A stretch of 64,000 bases of DNA from Bacteroidota bacterium (lineage in GTDB: Bacteria > Bacteroidota > Bacteroidia > NS11-12g > UBA9320). Made by a program: the position numbers and the translations under genes. Shown here one piece after another: positions 58,866 to 64,000 of the stretch. The stretch lies in the NCBI GenBank assembly GCA_016124755.1, contig WGNA01000004.1:36826-100825 (forward strand), given 5' to 3'. Under the pieces are notes generated by a model. It saw only the letters and a list, made by a program, of their open reading frames with translations, was not told the DNA's origin and made no database searches. Each line of letters starts with the position of its first letter. Position 1 is the first letter of the stretch.

Positions 58866-60296
58866 ATGTCAGTACGAAATCTTGAACCCAAAGCCGTCTG
58901 GAATCATTTTGAAGATTTGAATGCCGTTCCAAGGGCTTCCAAGAAAGAGCAGCGGGTAATTGCTTTTATAAAATCATTCGGAGAAGGTCTGGGTTTGCCA
59001 ACACATGTTGATCCGATCGGAAACGTAATAATTACCAAACCGGCTTCTGCAGGAATGGAAAACCGCAAAACTGTGATTCTTCAGAGCCATCTCGACATGG
59101 TTCACCAGAAGAATGCAGATACCGATTTTAATTTTGATACAGACGGAATTCAATCGTACATCGATGGTGATTGGGTGCGCGCAAAAGGAACAACTCTCGG
59201 AGCCGATAACGGAATGGGAGTAGCTTCCATAATGACTTTACTGGCATCTACAGATATTGCTCATCCTCCGTTAGAAGCACTTTTTACCATTGATGAAGAA
59301 ACCGGAATGACCGGTGCTTTTAATCTGGAACAAGGTATTCTGAAAGGTTCTATTTTATTAAATCTCGATACGGAAGACGACGATGAATTTTCGATTGGAT
59401 GTGCCGGCGGGATGGATACAAATTCCGAAAAACACTATCCTTTACATCCGGTTTCAAAAGGTGTTGCGTGGAAGATCACGGTTAACGGATTAAAAGGCGG
59501 ACACAGCGGTGTAGACATTAATCTGGAACGCGGAAACGCTAATAAAATCATGAACCGGTTGATGTTCAATCGCGATGTTCAAATTGTGTCGATCAACGGA
59601 GGCAGTCTTCGAAATGCGATTCCACGCGAAAGTTTTGCGGTAATAATTGCCGGAGAAAATTATAAGAGTGATGTCGCTTCTTTGGTTGATGAAATTAAAG
59701 CAGAATACACGGCGGAAGATCCGGGGCTCAACATAAATATTGTTCAAACGGAAACTCCGGCTAATGCACTGAGTCTGGAAGATAGTCGGGAAATTATTGT
59801 TGCCTTATACGCTTGTCATAACGGAGTTTTCCGAATGAGCCGCGCGATTCCCGGTTTGGTGGAAACCTCTTCATCTCTCGCCCGCGTAATTGTGGAAGAC
59901 GGAAAATTTGTAACGCAAAGTTTGCAACGCAGTTCGTTGGAAAGTGGAAAATGGGATGTGGCGAATACGGTTGCTGCACCGTTCCGACTGATCAATTGCA
60001 AAGTAGAACAGGGGGGAAGTTACCCGGGTTGGGCACCAAATCCGAAATCGGAAATTCTCGATGTGATGGAGCACCGCTACGAAACCTTATTCGGGGAAAA
60101 GCCGCACGTAATGGCAATTCACGCCGGACTCGAATGTGGAATTATCGGAGAGCGATACCACGGCTTGGATATGATTTCTTTTGGTCCGACCATCGTTGGT
60201 CCGCATAGTCCGGATGAACGTGTTTCTATTTCTTCGGTTCAGAAATTCTGGAAATTCTTGTTAGATGTATTGGAACATACCCCGGAGGGGAATTAA
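58866..60296 (+). CDS. pepD: Aminoacyl-histidine dipeptidase (peptidase D, M20C)
   Basis: LQSHLDMV, TTLGADNG, DEETGM, NLDTE, GGHSG, HAGLECG and HSPDE motifs. Confidence 0.96.
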   Translation: MSVRNLEPKAVWNHFEDLNAVPRASKKEQRVIAFIKSFGEGLGLPTHVDPIGNVIITKPASAGMENRKTVILQSHLDMVHQKNADTDFNFDTDGIQSYIDGDWVRAKGTTLGADNGMGVASIMTLLASTDIAHPPLEALFTIDEETGMTGAFNLEQGILKGSILLNLDTEDDDEFSIGCAGGMDTNSEKHYPLHPVSKGVAWKITVNGLKGGHSGVDINLERGNANKIMNRLMFNRDVQIVSINGGSLRNAIPRESFAVIIAGENYKSDVASLVDEIKAEYTAEDPGLNINIVQTETPANALSLEDSREIIVALYACHNGVFRMSRAIPGLVETSSSLARVIVEDGKFVTQSLQRSSLESGKWDVANTVAAPFRLINCKVEQGGSYPGWAPNPKSEILDVMEHRYETLFGEKPHVMAIHAGLECGIIGERYHGLDMISFGPTIVGPHSPDERVSISSVQKFWKFLLDVLEHTPEGN

Positions 60297-60325
60297 TAAT
60301 GAAAAGAATGAAAGGAATTAAGAAT

Positions 60326-60467
60326 TACTGACGAATGCCTTTGAAAATACCATGTAATAACTTGCTGGCGGAACGGCATTGTCAGCATAAATTGGGGAAT
60401 TACTGACGAAAGCCGAAGTGCAATTTTGTTGAGGCATCATACTCGCACGGCATTGTCTGTATGAATT
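60326..60467. repeat. Bulged-hairpin repeat units, copies 2 and 3 in tandem (75-bp period)
   Basis: TACTGACGAATGC-N36-GGCATTGTCAG-CATAAATTGGGGAAT-TACTGACGAAAGC-N35-GGCATTGTCTG. Confidence 0.85.
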
Positions 60468-60519
60468 TACTTTATTTCAGGATTTGATTTTGTTGTAATT
60501 GTTAGCAATAATTACCGAG

Positions 60520-62535
60520 TCACCGGACTATTATTTTTTTGAATATTCTTTTGCCGGTTTGTGAATTAAAATATTCTAAAAAGTAAATACCGGAATCAAG
60601 ATATGAAATGTCGATTCTGGTTTCTGGCTGAGGAGCACTTTGATAAATAACACTTGCTCCATTTACATTGAAAATTTGGAGTATATCATCTTGGTGAGGT
60701 GAGATTGGGATTTTGACCAAAATATAATCATCTGCGGGATTTGGATAACAAATAAACTCCTCCGATGAAGAATTAAGAGAGGCATCTAAAATGCATGAAT
60801 CCCAATAAAATTGGTGATTATCGAAATACATTGTTTGTGTGTCGGCGGAAGTACTGCCATAAAATAAATTAATGAAGCCAGCTTGATTATAATCGAGTCG
60901 ATATTCAGAAGTAAATTGAGTTTTTTCACCATAGCCTGAACTGTCAATCAATGAAATTTTATAACAATCATCAATTGGCAAACAAAGTGAAGTATGGCAG
61001 CTTCTGTATGTTGCATTGCTGGATGTTATATCTATGATTTTACAAACATCAATCAGTTTTTTATGTAAGAATGTTTCGGGGGAATTTGTGCCTTTAATAT
61101 CAACAATAAACGTAGAAGGATTTGCAGAGATATTCGGATTGAATGATTTTACTATTGGTGTTTGGAGATTAAAAGAAAATTCAAACTCATTGTTCAAACA
61201 GGTTTGGTACACACAACTGCCATCATTGACATTGGCTTGAGGATTAAAATTTGATGCGGATGAATCTGTGCATCCCCTAATTTGAAGACCGGAAACAGGT
61301 TCACTAAGACCATCAGTTGTAAAGAGGTAATTCACTGAACTTATTCCCATGGTGACCAAATCAACTTTATTTGAAATCGGTATTATGTTAAAAGCCCTTG
61401 CTGTTGGATTAATATAACTAACATTGATATATTTCATAAACTCAGAAAGATCAAGAAAATCAGAGATGTTCTCATTTTTGTCGATTCTGAAAAACAGCAA
61501 CTTACGAGGTTGTCCCATTACCTCTATGTATGTTAATACGTCTTTGCGTTCAAACTCCGGAATAAATGCAACACCGGTATGTGCTGATGTAAAATACATG
61601 GCATCCGTTGATTGAAACAGAGAATTATAAAAGTCTGTTGTGACTGAATTTGCAGAATTAATTTTTACGGATAGAAAGGAAACCATAGGATTTGTTGATT
61701 TTGTATTTGAGCTGTATTTTTTATTCGGGTTCCGACCATTCAGGTATTCGTAATTCTTATAAAAAATGTACAAGCTTGTATCAAAAGCATAGAAGCTTGG
61801 ATCTGATATTTTAAATACAGGATCATTATAAATCTGAGCATTATGTCTCTGATTATTTTCGGTTGATATTTTATCTATTCTTATTCTTGAATCATTATCT
61901 TGAACAAATAGAAGTAATGTGTCTTGTAAATATGCATTCAAGTGGATATCCGGATACCCGGAAAAACTCTGGATTATCAGGTGATTGCCGTTCTCAAAGC
62001 TATATAGGGATCTGTATTCATCAGTAATAACATAATAAAGTTTATCATTAATTTGAACAGCGGAATTAAGCTTTAAATCCTTTTTATAGAATTTTCTTTC
62101 ATTGAACGAGAGATGATAGATCTCCTTTCCGTCAAACTTCATGATGGTGGGTCTATTCACGGATTCCGCATTCAAATTAGTAATTGCCAAAATATTGATT
62201 ACCCCATCAATGATAAAAATTGATTTTGCTCCATACGTAGAAAGTTCCACATTCCAATTCTGAGTTGGCAGGCTATCTGCAATTTCTTTTGATAGAATTA
62301 GCTCAGATGAGTCCAACACTGAGCCATCAAGACCTGTTTTATATAGGATTAATCCTGTTTGTCTTTTGGTCGGAGAATGATAATAATTATCAGCCAACGT
62401 GTATATAGTATCGTTCCAAACAATGCTTTCGTAGCATAGGGAACCTTCAATCTTTCTGTACCAATTCTGTGCGAAGCAAGTAGAAATTGAGATTGATGTA
62501 AACAAGATTAACTGTGTTAGAAGATATCTTTTCAT
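60520..62535 (-). CDS. T9SS cargo protein (possible beta-propeller + GCTD motif + type A CTD)
   Basis: Signal peptide, a GCTDSSASNFNPQANVNDGSC motif, and CYPNPA.D.I...IFNVNG...IDISYLDSGIYFL...KKIIVR. AT-rich. Confidence 0.82.
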   Translation of the reverse strand: MKRYLLTQLILFTSISISTCFAQNWYRKIEGSLCYESIVWNDTIYTLADNYYHSPTKRQTGLILYKTGLDGSVLDSSELILSKEIADSLPTQNWNVELSTYGAKSIFIIDGVINILAITNLNAESVNRPTIMKFDGKEIYHLSFNERKFYKKDLKLNSAVQINDKLYYVITDEYRSLYSFENGNHLIIQSFSGYPDIHLNAYLQDTLLLFVQDNDSRIRIDKISTENNQRHNAQIYNDPVFKISDPSFYAFDTSLYIFYKNYEYLNGRNPNKKYSSNTKSTNPMVSFLSVKINSANSVTTDFYNSLFQSTDAMYFTSAHTGVAFIPEFERKDVLTYIEVMGQPRKLLFFRIDKNENISDFLDLSEFMKYINVSYINPTARAFNIIPISNKVDLVTMGISSVNYLFTTDGLSEPVSGLQIRGCTDSSASNFNPQANVNDGSCVYQTCLNNEFEFSFNLQTPIVKSFNPNISANPSTFIVDIKGTNSPETFLHKKLIDVCKIIDITSSNATYRSCHTSLCLPIDDCYKISLIDSSGYGEKTQFTSEYRLDYNQAGFINLFYGSTSADTQTMYFDNHQFYWDSCILDASLNSSSEEFICYPNPADDYILVKIPISPHQDDILQIFNVNGASVIYQSAPQPETRIDISYLDSGIYFLEYFNSQTGKRIFKKIIVR

Positions 62536-62645
62536 GTGTATGACACCCTCAATTTCTGTTTTTTTTGTTTAATCAATTAGCTCTTTATGATTCATGATAT
62601 TTTCATTACACTAACAAACTGAATGGAAACAATGTTAACACTTAA

Positions 62646-63998
62646 TCATTGTCTCTTCAACTCCATCACTCCGTATTTCATCCGGTTTTGCCCTGTATCT
62701 TTTAAACCGCCGACAATAATAATGTTGTCGTGAATCCAGCGGATGGCGAGTATTTGGGAGACTTCGCTGAAATATTGATTGCATTCGAATTCTTCCATTC
62801 CGTTTCCAGCAATTGTGTAAAGAAATTGCTGACGTTTTTCGACCAGATAATTGTTTGAAAATCCGAAAACGGAATTGTTTCCATCGGTTATTAACGGATT
62901 AATATTTTCGGAAATGGGCTCCAGTTTCTTTAGAAAAAATGGTGGTAGTTTATCTGTTTTTTCAAATGAATTTATTGTTGGGAACGTATTTCCAGTCACT
63001 ATTATCCAATAGGCATTATTCGATACACCGGGTGTTATGGTGAAAAAATCGGGAAGGGGAGGGCCGAGAGTTGCCCAGTTTAGCGAAAGTCCATCGGAAT
63101 TGGGATATAACAGAAAAAGCGATTTTTCATTCAAAGAGTCATTTGTAAGTTCAACGACGAAGACCAAATCGCTCTGAGCATTCTGAATGGCTATTGAATG
63201 AAAACGAATGTTAGTACAACTCATAGAAAAAGGAGGTTTGGTATGCCATTCATTCAACAGATTTCCGGAAGTATCGCTCATCCGGAACAACCATAAATCT
63301 CCCGGATTAATTTCTCGGTTAATACTCACTTCGGTGTAAATAATATTTCCGGAACTGTCGATTCCGAAACCGGAAGCTTGTAAAAGCGATGATTCTTCGC
63401 TTCCCCAGTTGTTGAGGTATTTTAATCCGCGTTGTTCCGCATCTTTTCGGTTTTGGTGGAAGTGATCTGTGAAGGTTGAGGAATAAACACAGGCGAACGG
63501 ATGTAGAGGATAATCCCGCTTCCACGTTATATCATTCCGGCGATGATTGTTGGAAAAAAAATCCCGTTCGCTAAAGTTTGAATTTCGAAATGCGAGCTGT
63601 CTAACGATGTAAGCGGACGCATATTGAACCATGAGCGCTGAATCTTTCGGATATTGTACGGAAATAGCACCGCAGTTGTTCTGTAACGAATCGTATGTAA
63701 TCAAATTGAACCGGAGTTCTTTCGGAATGTGCTGGTGAAATGCCGTTAGGAGTTTTTCATACTTTAAACTCAGTGATTTGAATAAATGACTTTCCCTAAG
63801 AAAATGCTGAAGCGCAAAGCTGGTTTTATCGGCCTGATATTCCTTGCAATTGAGATTAGTTGGTTTGATTTGATACCGGTCGTCGAGATGGTGACCAAAT
63901 TCGTGCGCCAGCAAACAAAGAATATGATAGCGCGCAACTAAGAGTGCTTCCTTTTTATTTTTAAAATGTTTTTTAGGATTCCAGGTTCCTTCGGTAAG
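62646..63998 (-). CDS. Hypothetical HExxH zinc-metallopeptidase-like protein, 5'-truncated by the window edge
   Basis: Frame open to the window end. LLAHEFGHHLD followed by EYQAD, then a beta-rich C-terminal part. Confidence 0.6.
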   Translation of the reverse strand, partial: LTEGTWNPKKHFKNKKEALLVARYHILCLLAHEFGHHLDDRYQIKPTNLNCKEYQADKTSFALQHFLRESHLFKSLSLKYEKLLTAFHQHIPKELRFNLITYDSLQNNCGAISVQYPKDSALMVQYASAYIVRQLAFRNSNFSERDFFSNNHRRNDITWKRDYPLHPFACVYSSTFTDHFHQNRKDAEQRGLKYLNNWGSEESSLLQASGFGIDSSGNIIYTEVSINREINPGDLWLFRMSDTSGNLLNEWHTKPPFSMSCTNIRFHSIAIQNAQSDLVFVVELTNDSLNEKSLFLLYPNSDGLSLNWATLGPPLPDFFTITPGVSNNAYWIIVTGNTFPTINSFEKTDKLPPFFLKKLEPISENINPLITDGNNSVFGFSNNYLVEKRQQFLYTIAGNGMEEFECNQYFSEVSQILAIRWIHDNIIIVGGLKDTGQNRMKYGVMELKRQ

Positions 63999-64000
63999 GG

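Noticed and set aside
60326-60467. Canonical CRISPR array call (palindromic ~40-bp repeat with ~35-nt spacers)
   Set aside because: Only one full junction repeat exists, both loci begin and end with half-repeats, and no cas gene or leader is visible. Reported as hairpin units instead.

Overview
Gene-dense chromosomal window from a Bacteroidota bacterium, judged by T9SS C-terminal sorting domains, a PorU-like C25 peptidase, TonB-dependent receptors and TAnnTTTG -7 promoter elements. Housekeeping and amino-acid catabolism genes include purN, a phosphoglucomutase, a glutaryl-CoA dehydrogenase-like gene, folB, scoAB, mdh, thrS-infC-rpmI-rplT, hmgA, typA and pepD. These are interspersed with secreted beta-propeller/T9SS cargo genes, glycosyltransferases, a LytS/LytTR two-component system and a complete cyanophycin cycle (cphA, cphB, iaaA). 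The most notable observations are: (i) a fulvocin C-like 8-Cys lipoprotein plus a membrane thioredoxin, with 21-bp-period LytTR-type boxes upstream; (ii) dispersed hairpin units with conserved bulged arms around unrelated 34-36 nt cores, linked to octamer arrays that bracket a four-helix-bundle gene in inverted orientation, plus a gene-free heptamer array in rpmI-rplT; (iii) an apparently circularly permuted BNR beta-propeller T9SS protein; (iv) a divergent, internally duplicated GldN-like protein; (v) a ~330-bp structured dispersed repeat. I saw no rRNA, tRNA, cas gene, transposase or reverse transcriptase. Family calls come from motif recognition by eye, not database searches.
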